Below, piece by piece: positions 1 through 12,018 of a DNA stretch of 64,000 bases (positions are counted from its first letter, which is position 1; every line of letters begins with the position of its first letter). The notes below the pieces were generated by a model. That model was not told the origin of the DNA and ran no database searches. It worked only from the letters and a program-made list of their open reading frames with translations. Source of the DNA: Azolla caroliniana (Eukaryota > Plantae > Polypodiophyta); contig JBHGNT010000012.1 in the NCBI GenBank assembly GCA_043228905.1, positions 11,842,001 to 11,906,000 on the forward strand. Reading direction: 5' to 3'. The position numbers and the translations under genes were made by a program.

Positions 1-2026
1 TCCTTCACGGTGACCTTGAAGAGGAGATCTACATAGGGAAGGAGCACTTGGTTTGTCGGTTGAAGAAGAGCCTCTACGGGTTGAAGCAGGCCCCCCTGTA
101 ATGGTACCGGAAGTTTGACTCCTTCATGACCGATCAAGGGTACCACAAGACACAGGCCGATCACTGCGTGTTTGTGAAGAAGTTCGAAGGAGGTGACTTC
201 CTGATACTCCTTCTGTACATGGACGACATGTTGATCGTCGGACGGGACCAAGTCAAAATACGGATGCTAAAGAAGGCTCTCAACCGGACCTTCTCAATGA
301 AAGACTTGGGTCCGGCAAGACAGATGCTAGGGATGCATATTATCCGGAACCGGTCAGTGAAGCAATTATGGTTGTCACATGAGAAGTACGTGACAAAGGT
401 GCTTCACCGGTTCAACATGTCAGATGCGAAACCGGTCGGATCGACACTTTCAGCAAACTGCAGGCTATCCTGTAAGCAAAGCCCGAAGATGAAAGCAGAG
501 AAGGCGGATATGATTGTGGTGCCTCTGCCGTCGGGAGCTTGATGTACGCAATGGTGTGTACCCGGATATAGGATACGCAGTCGGAGTGGTGAGCCGGTTC
601 ATGAGCAATCCTGGCAAGGAGCACTAGAACGCGGTCAAATGGATACTCCGGTATTTGAAGGGCACCCCAAGTATGTGTCTCCGATTCGGCTCCGGAAGAT
701 CTCATATTGACGGTTTCACCGACTCGGACATGTCGGCTGATGTGGATACTAGCCGGTCTACATCCGGGTATGTAATGACATATGCAGGGGGAGCTATCTC
801 GTGGCAGTCGAGGCTGCAGAAGACGGTTGCATTGTCAACCACGGAGGCGGAGTACATGGCGTCTGTGGAAGCCGGCAAGGAAATATTATGGATGAAGGAC
901 TTCATCGGAGAGCTCGGTATCCGGCAAGATGAATACCGACTCTATTGCGACAGTCAAAGTGCCATCCACCTTGCTAAGAATGCGGCCTACCATTCCCGGA
1001 CGAAGCATATCCAGCGAAGATATCACTGGATCTGGGAAAGAGTAGATGACCAGGAGTTCGCGCTGACGAAGATCCACATGGCCGAGAACGGGTCAGATAT
1101 GCTGACCAAAGTTCTGATACCCGACAAGCTGGATGCATGCCTGAAGAGGATCAGACTGGTAAGACACCCCATGCTGGAGTGAAGGGGGAGTTTGTTGGGA
1201 GACAGGTCCCTCCGGATGGGAAACCCGATGACGAGTGCCCGGCTACGGAGAGCCGGATGGTACAAACCTGGTGAAGACCGGATGAGGAGTACCCGGCTAC
1301 GGAGGACCGGATGGTACAGACCCGATGAAGACCGGATGAGGAGTACCCGGCTACGGGGGACCGGATGGTGCAGGCCCGGTGAGAACCGGATGAGGAGTAC
1401 CCGGCTACGGAGGACCGGATGGTGCCGACCTGGTGAGAACCGGATGAGGAATACCCAGCTACGGAGGACCGGATGGTGCAGGCCCGGTGAGAACCGGATG
1501 AGGAGTACCCGACTACGGAGAGCTAGATGGTGAAGACCCGGTGAGGAGTGCTCTCCGGATGAAGAGACATATTCGTAAATATGTCTCTGAGAGTCCATCG
1601 TGGCTATATTTGTAAATAGCCGAAAAGTCATATTAGTATAAATATGACTTAGGGCAAACCTTTTTTTGTTGTAACTATTGTTGTTAATTCTTGTCTGCGC
1701 GAGATCAGAGCGCGTAATTGTGTACAGAGAGAGAGATAGAGAGAGAGAGAGAGGAAGAGGTCATTGCCTCTGTTGTAACCGCCGCCTGTGGCGAAGATTG
1801 TGAGCACGAGGTCGTTGCCTCCGTGAACTCACTGTTGTATATTCTAGCATAGTGATAGTTTGCAGTCTGTGGGCTGCCGTGGTTTTTCCCTAGTTTGGGT
1901 TTTCCACGTAAACATCTTGTGTACTCTTCTCTTCTCTGTGTCGTGTTTTATTTCCCATTTTCTGTGTATGATTCAAAGCTCGGTTGTGGCCGAGCGTTGC
2001 GCATAAGGAGCCTTGAGTTCCCGTCA
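1..2026 (+). mobile_element. Ty1/Copia LTR retrotransposon, 3' part (RT/RNase H with stops and frameshifts, PPT, 3' LTR 1193-2026)
   Basis: RT motifs [25 protein letters not shown] and RNase H motifs SWQSRLQKTVALSTTEAEY, TKHIQRRYH. PPT GAAGGGGGAG at 1181-1190. LTR runs TGTTGGGA...CCGTCA. Protein closely resembles the intact element at 50336-55657. Confidence 0.92.
1223..1545 (+). repeat. ~6 x 54-bp tandem repeat in the U3 of the Copia LTR
   Basis: Unit ACCGGATGAGGAGTACCCGGCTACGGAGGACCGGATGGTRCAGRCCYGGTGARA repeated; visible as an 18-aa periodicity in ORFs 1192..1533 and 1023..1631. Confidence 0.9.
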
Positions 2027-4040
2027 AAGTACAACACCGACGGCTCGGTCAATCGATACAAGGCTTGGTTAGTAGCAAAAGGCTAGGCCCAGCAACACAA
2101 CATCGATTACGATGAGACGTTTGTGCCGATCGTGAAGATGACGATCGTCCGTGTTTTGCTTGCGATAGCTATGGCGAAGGGGTGGCACTTACATCAGATG
2201 GATGTAAAGAATGCGTTACTGCAAGGTGATCTTGAGGAACAAGTGTACATGGTACAACCCCCCGGATTTCACTCCGGAACGAACACTTCGGTGGTATGCC
2301 GGTTGAAGAAGTCCCTTTATGGACTAAAGCAAGCCCCGCATGCCTGGAACGCGAAGATCATGCAGCAATTGCGTCGAATGGGATTTGCGACATCCAAATC
2401 AGACTCTTTATTGTTCATTCGGCAAGGTAAACTTGGGCCGGTTAGTATTTTACTTTATGTTGATGACTTGGTCATCGCCGGCATCGACCTAGGTGAAATT
2501 GACCGCGTAAAGCTCCAGCTTGCAGCATCATTTGATATGAAGGACTTGGGGAACCTTCATTACTTTCTCGGGATCGAAGTGATCCGAACCCCCGAAGGCA
2601 TACTGATCAGCCAACGGCATTACGTGTTGAGTATACTCTTCAAGTTCGGGATGGAAGCCTGTAAGTCCGTCTCAACTCCTCTCGATAGAACCATGAAGCT
2701 TCGCCCCAACTCCGGCAAGGTCTGTGACCCGAAAAGGTTCCGACAGATTGTCGGAAGCCTCATTTACTTGACTATCACCCGGCCGGACCTCAGTTACCCG
2801 ATCGGCTTGATTAGTCAGTTCATGGTGCGGCCAACCGAGGAGCACCTTCAGTCACGCAATGCGTACTCAGGTACGTCAATGGCACTAAGGACCGGGGGTT
2901 ACTATATCGGACCGGTACTGCCGCGCAGCTAGTCGGCTATACAGACGCTGACTGGGCCGAAAACGCCGGTAATCACCGATCCACATCCGAATTCACGTTC
3001 TCCCTTGGGATCGCCATGATCACGTGGAGTAGTAAGAAGCAGTCGACCGTTGCACTATCGAGCACAAAGACTGAGTATCGAGGAGCGGTTGTCACAACAT
3101 GAGAAGCCATATGGCTGAAGCGGCTACTTAAGGATCTGCAGGTGGAGGTGTCCGATCCAATGACGATCTACTGTGACAACCTCAACAACATCCAACTTGC
3201 GAAGAACCCCGTCTTTCATGCCCAGACTAAGCACATTGAGTTGCACTACCACTTTGTCCGCGAGCGTGTCCTCTTTGTCCACAAGCAGCCGAAAGAAAGA
3301 GCCAGATCTAGCCAAACATGGGGGAAATGAAGCCAACAAGGGCGATAAGGCCAAGATTGAGGACGAATTGAAGACAACCAAATCAGACAAAAGTGGAGAC
3401 AAATCGGAGGCAGCCGATTCGGCTCGGATGTTTGATACGGAGACGCCGAATCAACTGAAGGCCAAGCAGAAGAAAGGGCAACAGAAGAGGCACCAACACC
3501 GTGACAGCAAGGGAGCTGGAAAAGGCCACACGAGCAGACAAGCCGATCGTAAGGATCGAGGCATGCGGAATCGAACGGGTCGAGGAGCGCGAGCGAGGCG
3601 TGAAGTCAAGAGAAACCGGAGCGAAGGACCAGAAGAGCCTCAAGTTGAGCTTGAGGGGGAATGTTGAGATACAAGCTCAACATTGGCCAGATTGTGCGTA
3701 AACCGATACACAACAAGAGGTTGGATCGGTGCGAAAACCGGGAGGCCGTTGAACAAATATTCTGCGAAGGAATATATTTGGGAGTTAGTGTAGGGGCTCA
3801 GTTATGAGAATTGAAGTACGTTTCAATACTTCTGTCAATCCGTATGGACTTGATAAAAGTGCTCTCTGAGCACATCCTATTTAGAGAGTTTTACACATTA
3901 TTTTGAATTCGGTTTTTCATGTGTGTTCATTCCCTCTCTATCTTTCCCGCATATATTGTGTCTCAAGCTCTCCATTAAACCTGTTTTTTCCTCTGTCGGT
4001 ATTTCATGTTTCGTATAACTTCCACACGTAACATTTCACA
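2027..4040 (+). mobile_element. Older Ty1/Copia element (host of the 1-2026 insertion): decayed RT/RNase H, 3' spacer, PPT and 3' LTR from 3662
   Basis: KYNTDGSVNRYKA resumes immediately after the LTR CA at 2026. Motifs QMDVKNA, LYVDDL, NPVFHAQTKHIELHYHFVRE. PPT GAGCTTGAGGGGGAA then TGTTGAGA at 3662. LTR end approximate (4033-4040). Confidence 0.88.
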
Positions 4041-4159
4041 CGGATCAATTGGTGGCCTCTGAATAGAACAAATCAGTAAATGAAATAGTTGTCTCTTATG
4101 GACAATCTTAGTCTTTTCAATTTTTCTTGAATCCAATTTTGCTCTAAGGTGAGGATTCC

Positions 4160-4864
4160 CTATGCAATCTGGCCACCTGGAGGAATTACTTTGAGTTGTG
4201 TATCTTCCTCCTCAACGAACTCGAGTACTTCAGGCTCGTCCTCCTCAGGATGCTGCCATTTCTTGTACTTCTTGTGTTCTGCTTTTCCTCTTTTGGCAAA
4301 CTTCGGTGGGGTGGATTCTTGTGTGACCATGAGTTCTCCTTTGATATACAGGCACAAAGCAACAATCAAATTGTTTTTTGTTTGTACATCTTTCTTTAAG
4401 GCTTTGGGGTGCCAAGAGTCTGTTATAAAATTGCCTTCATCAACTCGAACTCTTTGCATCCCCACCGAGCTATCAACATCGAAAAGTAGGTTCGATGAGT
4501 CATTGACCTCATATTCGATGTTCTTTATTTGATCGTAGTTGACGGTCTTTCCCACTTGAATCTTTCCTTCACCTTTAGATTTTGCAAGTATGAGGAGCAA
4601 ATCCCCTTCTTCCTCGAAATAGATCAATGTCCATTCCACATGGGAGTAGCTCTTGAGGCAAGGCTCCCTAGTCTTTTCGGCTATAGTCTTCAGAGTATTT
4701 CCGATCGAAGACTTGGAGGTCCCATCACCTCCCGACTCAATCAAAGTTTTCCGAGATTCTGGCTTATGCATATGGTCGGAAGGTTTTTTGGTTGGGGAGG
4801 GAGTCTTCAATTTGAAAGATGGTACCATCTGACACAGTTCACTAAAAACAACAAGTATAAACAC
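4160..4864 (-). CDS. Unknown protein; probable large exon of a spliced gene divergent from the Sola-like transposase
   Basis: 234-codon stop-free frame with a T-rich acceptor (TTGTTTTTAG) near 4852. Upstream on the minus strand are a candidate ATG exon (ATGAATAAGGGAAAG...CAG|GTATAT, ~5176-5151) and TATATAAA near 5292. No recognised domain. Confidence 0.4.
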   Translation of the reverse strand: MFILVVFSELCQMVPSFKLKTPSPTKKPSDHMHKPESRKTLIESGGDGTSKSSIGNTLKTIAEKTREPCLKSYSHVEWTLIYFEEEGDLLLILAKSKGEGKIQVGKTVNYDQIKNIEYEVNDSSNLLFDVDSSVGMQRVRVDEGNFITDSWHPKALKKDVQTKNNLIVALCLYIKGELMVTQESTPPKFAKRGKAEHKKYKKWQHPEEDEPEVLEFVEEEDTQLKVIPPGGQIA

Positions 4865-5398
4865 AATTATATAAAAATATTCTTAAAAATAAATACTCTA
4901 AACCTTAAAACAAAGGTAACGTTCATCAAAATTAGTAGAAAAACACTTGAATTTAAATGTAACCTTGTATCAAAAACACTTTAAAAAAAAGCTAATAAAA
5001 TAGCAATAAAGTTACTATTTCTAGTATATCAATCATACAATTTGCCTCTTTCAACAAGAACTCGATGCATCGGTGCAAAAAATGAACAAAATAAAATGGA
5101 ATCTTTTGGGAATCTTTAGAGAATCTTTAAAAACAATTATAAGAATATACCTGGCAATTTTCTTTCCCTTATTCATGTTGCTGATGTCAACTCAAGTTAA
5201 CCGGGGAGGCGAAAACGAAAGGTTTAAGATACTTTGTGCTCGTTTGCTTCTTGAATGTGATAATGACAATGAGAAGAGGCCTTTACTTTATATAAAAAAA
5301 ATTTATTTTTTATTTTTTTTATTTTTAAATTTGACTTATTATAAAAGAAAATTTTGAGCTATTTTCAACTTAGTTGAGCTTAGTCATGATTAGTCGAG

Positions 5399-7674
5399 AT
5401 GATCTCAACCTCGAGTAAAAATTCTCTATTCTCCATTGAGCCTTTTGAATTATCTGATAACTCGTTATTCTCTATTGCGGAATATAACCATATAAATAAT
5501 AAACGGTGTCATGTAGAGTCCAACGATGATGTTGGGCAAAGTTCCAATTCACTTTTTTCGATCGAGCCTTTTAACTTAGGTAGACTACGAAATAATTAAT
5601 TAATTACAAATCATGAGGATTCTAGTTTATGAAATGTTGACGAGGATTGTGTCAATAAGCCTCTAGATTTTCGAAGAGTTCCTTGACAAGTGAGTGTTAA
5701 AAGATATAATTTTTTGTGTTCAAATCGCCAAATTGCATTTGATATATGAAAGCCATGTTGTGGGAATCTTTGTCTTTCAAAATTTGGAAATGCAAACTTG
5801 AGGGGGTTGCGATAGAAGTATTTGTCACTTAATGGCGACAAACAAGATACTTTCTTGATTTCACATATGCAACTTGTTAAGGACCACACGGCAGTTTCAA
5901 GTTCTCTACATGTGGAATATTACCTTTCACTTAGTATGAAGAGTTGTCAAGTAGCTTTCAAGATTGCTTATAGCATTGGTAACATGAGGCTCCAGAGAAT
6001 TCAACATTGATTAGTTAAGGGCTCATGGGTACCTTTCAATAATACAAAATCTACATGTAAGGGTTTGATTGGGCGGCATGTTGTTAGATGGATGGAGATA
6101 TATTTCTCGAAGCAATGTGATGTTATGCCCACCACTGGAAGATTACATTTGTCAAATAACTTCACTCGTCGTGAGGTATACCAAGCATATAAGGATGGCA
6201 TGTTATTAGAAAGTGTACCTTACATACAATATTAGCATATTAATCAATTATGGAGATCGAAGTTTAATAATGTGGTCATACCCCGCAAGGTCCGGATGGG
6301 TGTTTGCTCTGTATGTGCAAGTTTAAAAAGCATGGCAAAGAGTGAGACAACAGATGAAGAAATAAACAATTATAAGAATTTATTAAAAGAACATCGAGAA
6401 AGTCAAGCGTTGGAAAGATCTAAAGCTATGCACCATCGTCAAAAAGCACTTCAATCACCGGAAAGGTACATGTGCTTGATTATAAATGGGATGGATCAGA
6501 AGACAACTTGTTTGCCAGACTTTCGAAGGTTGCCCAAGGATATTGGAGATGAATGCCTAGTGTAGATGCACTTAGTAGGTTGTCTTCTATATTGTCAGAC
6601 AATAAGGCCTCAAGTGTTCCCAACTTATCCAAATATCCACAATGACCCTAATCTTACAATAACAGTGAGTTTTGCAGACTTGGCAAGGTTTACTCCCACC
6701 AGTACTATACGTGCAACTAGACAACACGGCGAGAGAAAACAAGAACTCGACTGTGTTTGGTTATTTAAGCATGTTGGTAGATAGGGGTATTTTCAAAAAG
6801 ATTAAGGTCAACTTCTTACTAGTTGGTCACACACAAGATCACATCGATCAAATGTTTAGTAGATTCTCCAAGAAATTAGCCATATGTGATGCTTTCACAC
6901 TTCCTATGCCGTCAAAGTTTATCACTAAAGCTTATACCCCAAAGCCAGATGTACAACATTTAGATGAAGTTTATGATTTTAAACGTTTTTGTGTGGATGG
7001 TGATGGGACTCGATGTAGGGTTCTTGGTAAGCTTAATAATATAAGTTTTAACCATGTCTTCCTCATCCAAAAAAGTGTGGTCGGTCACAACCAGACGATG
7101 TTGTATACCAAACAATATTCTTCTAGTTCGCAATGGGAGCCACAAGACGGACGTAGGCTCTTATTGCATTTCCCAGATATAGTAATCTATGGTGCAGAAC
7201 AAATGCCCTATGACAACCACAAAAGATTGGCTACTAGTAGTTCAATTGAAGAGCAAAAGATATATTGGATGCGGTGCCTTGAGGAAAAATACAAAAATAT
7301 TGAGAGAACCAAAAACTACGTTGGTGATCAGGATGTGGAATGGTGGGATAACTTCTTTAATCATCAACGTACAATATTAGATAACTACTTGCGGGAGTAT
7401 GGCCACTACAAGGAATGCAATATTGGTGGTCCATCAATGGCAAGCAAGACACTTTTTAAACCACTAGATAATCTTGAATTGAATAATCTAGTTCGTCCAC
7501 GATAAAGAGATATTTATGTGGGACCAAGATTATCGCATGTTGCTGAGGCGAGATGGCAAGGCAATCTACATGAGTTGCAAGTTGGTATGCTGGTTGCAAC
7601 ATTAGTTGGGGGGGATAAGTTGGGCCATCCCTTTTGGATTGCTAAAATCATTGAAATTATTAAGGATGATGATT
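5399..7674 (+). pseudogene. Decayed Sola-like / DUF7869-type DDE transposase
   Basis: Pieces across several stops and frameshifts: CCGNLCL, CQVAFKIAYSIGNMRLQRI, CDVMP, CSVC, NGMDQK, QLDNTARENKN, FLLVGHTQDHIDQMFSRFS, HPFWIAKI. Family assignment is from motif recall, not a search. Confidence 0.75.
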
Positions 7675-7714
7675 TGATGATCTTGTGCAGCGGAAGAAAA
7701 TTATGTGTGTAATA

Positions 7715-7768
<54 letters not shown>

Positions 7769-7951
7769 AAGTAGCTATACTAGAAAATATGACATACATC
7801 CAACAATAACTTAGTTACAAAAGGCTTGGTTTAAATACCAACTAACTTAGGCAACTACCCTTTCTACTATTTACAAAACTAGCCTGCACCTAGTGTGTCC
7901 ATTGCTAGTGTGAAAGCCATTACATTGGGAAGTTGGGTTTGATTCTTAACA
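7675..7951 (-). repeat. Solo LTR-like fragment containing (GA)~25 at 7718-7767; truncates the transposase
   Basis: Minus-strand start TGTTAAGAATCAAACCCAAC resembles the LTR start TGTTGAGAATCAAACTCAAC at 13350/24020. No TSD found. Confidence 0.6.
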
Positions 7952-7959
7952 ATATAGAT

Positions 7960-8620
7960 ACATTACAAAAGTAAAAAATATGTCAAGTCATAGATTGTCA
8001 TATCTTGTTTGGAATGTTGGATGTAAGCCACTAAAATATCACAACAAAAAATTATCTCATCTAGTTGGATAGTTGAAATCAAAAAATGGCTCAAAAGATG
8101 GGTTGTGGAAAATATCTTGGGAGCTTTCAAGCAATGTTATGCAATATGTAGTTAATAACGAAAAGTTAATGGAACCACTATGGAAGAAAGGAGAATATGC
8201 TAAAATGAAAATTTTAGAATATTACATTGCAAGCATCAACCTTGAATGTTGGGTTCAATATAAGACAAGAATGCTTATTGATCATATTCAACCTTATCTC
8301 ATTGCCAACATGAGTATGAAGTTTTATAGAGCCTTCAAAGTCCTTCACATTTGATCACACACAATAGGTATTGAAGTTGCATTATGCCATAAAAATACGT
8401 CAAATATAAAAAAACATGTTAAGGTGTGCAAGGAAGCCCTAGTAGAGGATAAATGTCACTTGCTTTTTACATGCTCTACAAATAGTGCAATTCATGAAAG
8501 CTATAATGACATATTAGAGAGGGTACTAACTTGGCTTTCATAGTTAAGAGACCACCTAGAAGGTTGAACTTATATGTGTATGTTTTAATCGAACGTAGAA
8601 ACTTTGTGTTGAAGTGCCCG
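7960..8620 (+). pseudogene. Highly decayed 3' end of a LINE ORF2 (C-terminal CCHC region)
   Basis: Translation SHTIGIEV...VCKEALVEDKCHLLFTC matches the SHxLxIE...CxxC..EDExHxxxxC motif also seen in the LINE at 24273-24860. Confidence 0.55.
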
Positions 8621-8791
8621 GTCACTTTAACTTATTATTCTTATGTGTGTGAAAGGGCAACAAACGCCCATTTAGTTATTTTTAAAGGGTTCTATGTCGA
8701 AATGGTTTTTTATTTAGTGTGTGAAAAGAAAAAAAACAAATGACCGTTCTTCTTTGGATGAAGAAGAAAAATATGAAAAAGAGAGGGAGAG

Positions 8792-9188
8792 TTGCAGATC
8801 TAAGAACGTCACACAACAAGCTCAATGTTCAACTCATTCTTATCACTCCACTACTCAAAGTGTGATCTATACATGCCTTCTATTCTGACCCCTAGGCTTC
8901 ATCATCCTAGTTTCTTCCCTCACTCATGTGTTTATGAGTATAGTTGTTATTCCCTTTTGTGTGTAGTCCCTACTTTGTCGATGGTATTGTTTCCTACATA
9001 ACTTTATTTCATTCTAGTGTATCTAGTGGTAAAGCTTGTATATTTCTTTTGCATTCTCTTTGTTGGTAGTGAATTGTTTTGGACTTTGTCCTTCGGTTGT
9101 TTCTCTCATAGAGAGTTTTTCCACATTAAATCGTGTGTCATCTAGCTTGTATCATTTGTGTATTTTGTGCATGGTTTGAGAGCTCTCA
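8792..9188 (+). repeat. Probable LTR remnant
   Basis: Preceded by a purine tract (GAGAGGGAGAG). Contains TTTTCCACATTAAATCGTGTGTC, similar to TTTTCCACGTTAAATCGTGTGTC in the LTR at ~50815. Ends ...CTCTCA. Confidence 0.4.
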
Positions 9189-10230
9189 AGCCACCTAATT
9201 TCTTTGGTTTTGTCATGACCTCTCTCTTGCATAGAGAATAGGAAAACATTTGTGATGTGTTCTCTAAAACAAGTAAAAGGAGAATAATAATGTTGATAAA
9301 AAGATTTAGAAAGACTTTGGTGTGTTCTCTAAAACAATGTAAATGATTTTAGAGATAAGTTCTATGCCTTTTTAGCAACTTCTACTAAGACAAGTGTAAA
9401 TGCTTTATTCATAGCATTGCATTAATCTTCTTGTATTTGTATAGTAGCTTAATGTTAATGGAAATATTTTTATGCTTTGTGTGTGCCTTGATTTCTTTCT
9501 TACCTTGTTAAATGTACTGATTAAGACCTTACGTTGAATAAATTAACTTCATAGTTTAATTATTTAAGAGAGGAGAGATGCTTGTTTAAACTTTAACATG
9601 GTTAGATAGATAAATGTTTTTTAGGTGTCTATAGAGGCCAATATTGACTGATGGGACTTGTGTACACTCACACTTCCAAACCTATCACTTTGTGCTTCAA
9701 ACCATGAATATCTGTCTTAGGAAGGAGATACACATCAAGAAAACTTGTGCACTCAAGTCGCATGAGTCAATATTGTCCCATTTATAAACGCTTAAAAAAC
9801 ATTTATCTATCTAACTACCATGTTAAAGTTTAAACAAGCATCTCTCCTCTCGTAAATAATTAAACTATGAAGTTAATTTATTCAACATAAGGTCTTAATC
9901 AGTACATTTAACAAGGTAAGAAAGAAATCAAGGCACACACAAAGCATAAAAATATTTCCATTAACGTTAAGCTACTATACAAATACAAGAAGATTAATGC
10001 AATGCTTAGAATAAAGCATTTACGCTTGTCTTAGTAGAAGTTGCTAAAAAGGCATAGAACTTATCTCTAAAACATTTACATTGTTTTAGAGAACACACCA
10101 AAGTCTTTCTAAATCTTTTTATCAACATTATTATTCTCCTTTTACTTGTTCTAGAGAACATATCACTGCTGTTTTCTTATTCTCTATGCAAGAGAAAGGT
10201 CATGACAAAACCAAAGAAATTAGGTGGCTT
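9188..10230. repeat. Long inverted repeat (arms 9188-9666 and 9748-10230, ~480 bp each, ~80-nt loop)
   Basis: AAGCCACCTAATTTCTTTGGTTTTGTCATGACC... is reverse-complemented by ...GGTCATGACAAAACCAAAGAAATTAGGTGGCTT. Pairing was followed by eye along the whole arm with few mismatches. Confidence 0.96.
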
Positions 10231-11429
10231 TACAAAAGCTACAAAATGAAATGCAAACAAATGATTAGTTACTGGCTCCCAATTTTAGCTTTGGGGTGAG
10301 TTTGTACCAAAAAATTTTAATTCAAGTGGAATTTCGAATATGGTAGGTTTCTTTCAATGCAACACATGCATGGACACATGAATTGAATAAGTATGATATG
10401 AAGTCCAAAGTATGTAAACTAGCATGCGCATAAGATTTACTATTTTAAGTATTTATGGGAAGGCGCAATTGCATTGATGTTAATGGATCGTACATCAACC
10501 TACTTGCACTTTCAAAGCAATACCACGATTCAATGACCAATTACTTACATGAAGAGAAATGAAGATGATATGGAGGTAAATTAAATGGCACTCTTTGCCT
10601 TCACAAAGAAACGTTAATCATTGAGATAGATACCAAACTTTGAATACCATCAACTTGCACTTGTTATATAAACTTTTGTATCACATTCAAGAAGGGTACC
10701 CCAAAAGAATTACCATCTTTATAAGTTCATACATACCAATAGATATATAAATGTTTATTTGCAATACTATGGGTCCTGTGGTAACTGCAAACCCTCCTAG
10801 CCACTCATTTACCTCGTAAATAAATTCATGAATTGATAGACCAAGGAGCCATCTTATATCTTTTCATGAACCCCCCACATGAAATATAAAGAATTATTTT
10901 AGAAGAAGGATTTACTCAATAGGTTGTCAGCATATGAGAATGGCTAATCTACACTTTTTATAGTTATTGCAACTGCATGTAGTTAATTAGTTATGCCCCA
11001 ATATGCCAACAGCAAATCAGATCATGAGGTTTGCTAATCTACATTTACTATAGTTATATTGCAAGACACTTCTAGTAACTAGATAGAAGCTTCTACTAGG
11101 CTTGCTAACTCTATTTCATTTTATTTTATTTCCAGAAACTAGACAGTAGAAAAGTTAATGTTAAGCGCTAAAGGATGACACTGTCTATATGAAGTTATCA
11201 ATTTGCAGATCACATTCAGGTCTGTATAAAAGATTGGCACATAGTTTGCCGTATGATCTGGGTTTTGATCGAGTGAAAGATACAAGGATACTGGTAAATT
11301 TTCTTGATATTGTTTACAAGGTGTACATGTGCGATATCATGCATGACTAATTAACTGTACATCCCATGTTATTTGAAATGCAGGAGGAACCTCGAAATCT
11401 GAAGTTACTGCCTGGAAAGAATGTGCTAT

Positions 11430-11444
11430 CACACACACACACAG

Positions 11445-11473
<29 letters not shown>
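11430..11473. repeat. (CA)n microsatellite just 3' of the host gene stop codon
   Basis: Direct reading; one interruption (CAGA). Confidence 0.95.
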
Positions 11474-11476
<3 letters not shown>

Positions 11477-11497
11477 TGAGTTACTAATTTTAACCTT

Positions 11498-11611
11498 TCA
11501 CCAAATCCAAATTATAGTCCATACAAGCATAGCCAAAACCAAGATGCCAATGAAAATATAACACCAGAACTGCAAGGTGCATTCCTGGTGAGCTTCTTTT
11601 GCCTCAGCTCC
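11498..11611 (-). CDS. SYP5-like gene, exon 5 (C-terminal transmembrane anchor and stop)
   Basis: TGCAG acceptor, phase 0; encodes GAEAKEAHQECTLQFWCYIFIGILVLAMLVWTIIWIW*, a tail-anchor helix. Confidence 0.78.
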   Translation of the reverse strand, partial: GAEAKEAHQECTLQFWCYIFIGILVLAMLVWTIIWIW

Positions 11612-11800
11612 CTGCACAACACAATGCTAGTTGGAAACAACCACAGAAAAATGTAACTAGAAACAGGGTCGCATTTGAATTTTTGGTTCTTATACTTATT
11701 TGTTTTCAAGCGGTTGTATGCTCATCTTCTAGTTACTGGAGTGCTAGCTTTCGTATCTCAAGCAATACAATATATTAAGTCATAATGATCAAAAACTTAC

Positions 11801-11853
11801 AAGGAGGGGAGCATGTGCACTCTTGTCTTTAACCATCACTGCCACATGTGAAC
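11801..11853 (-). CDS. SYP5-like gene, exon 4
   Basis: TAGCAG acceptor and GTAAGT donor; encodes (G)SHVAVMVKDKSAHAPLL; phases 1/0 match both neighbours. Confidence 0.72.
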
Positions 11854-11923
11854 CTGCTATAATAAAAGTCAGGAATATATGCATCCATTATCTTTTAGAA
11901 AGTTCAAGTTAAAAACCACATAC

Positions 11924-12018
11924 CTTGACTGAGTAGAGCATGAGCTTCGCAACTATCTGTGCTACCGATTGGATGTGGCCCTACATGTCTCTCTTTATCT
12001 TTATTAATCGGCACGACC
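11924..12018 (-). CDS. SYP5-like gene, exon 3
   Basis: TTCCAG acceptor and GTATGT donor; encodes (R)VVPINKDKERHVGPHPIGSTDSCEAHALLSQ; phases 2/1 match both neighbours. Confidence 0.72.

Noticed and set aside
1023-1631. Repetitive ORFs on both strands (202 aa and 113 aa)
   Set aside because: By-products of the 54-bp (multiple of 3) LTR tandem repeat. Units are contiguous without unique spacers, so this is not a CRISPR array either.
3173-3667. 164-aa K/R-rich ORF after the Copia RNase H
   Set aside because: Low complexity, starts out of frame inside RNase H and runs into the PPT; no independent sign of coding function.
10440-10960. Possible PIF/Harbinger transposase relic (NCIDVNGSYI resembles CIGAIDGTHI)
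   Set aside because: One weak motif among many stops; cannot be supported without a profile search.
11512-11709. ORF-track 65-aa ORF over the last exon
   Set aside because: Wrong frame; the spliced frame giving the transmembrane tail ends at TGA 11500-11498.
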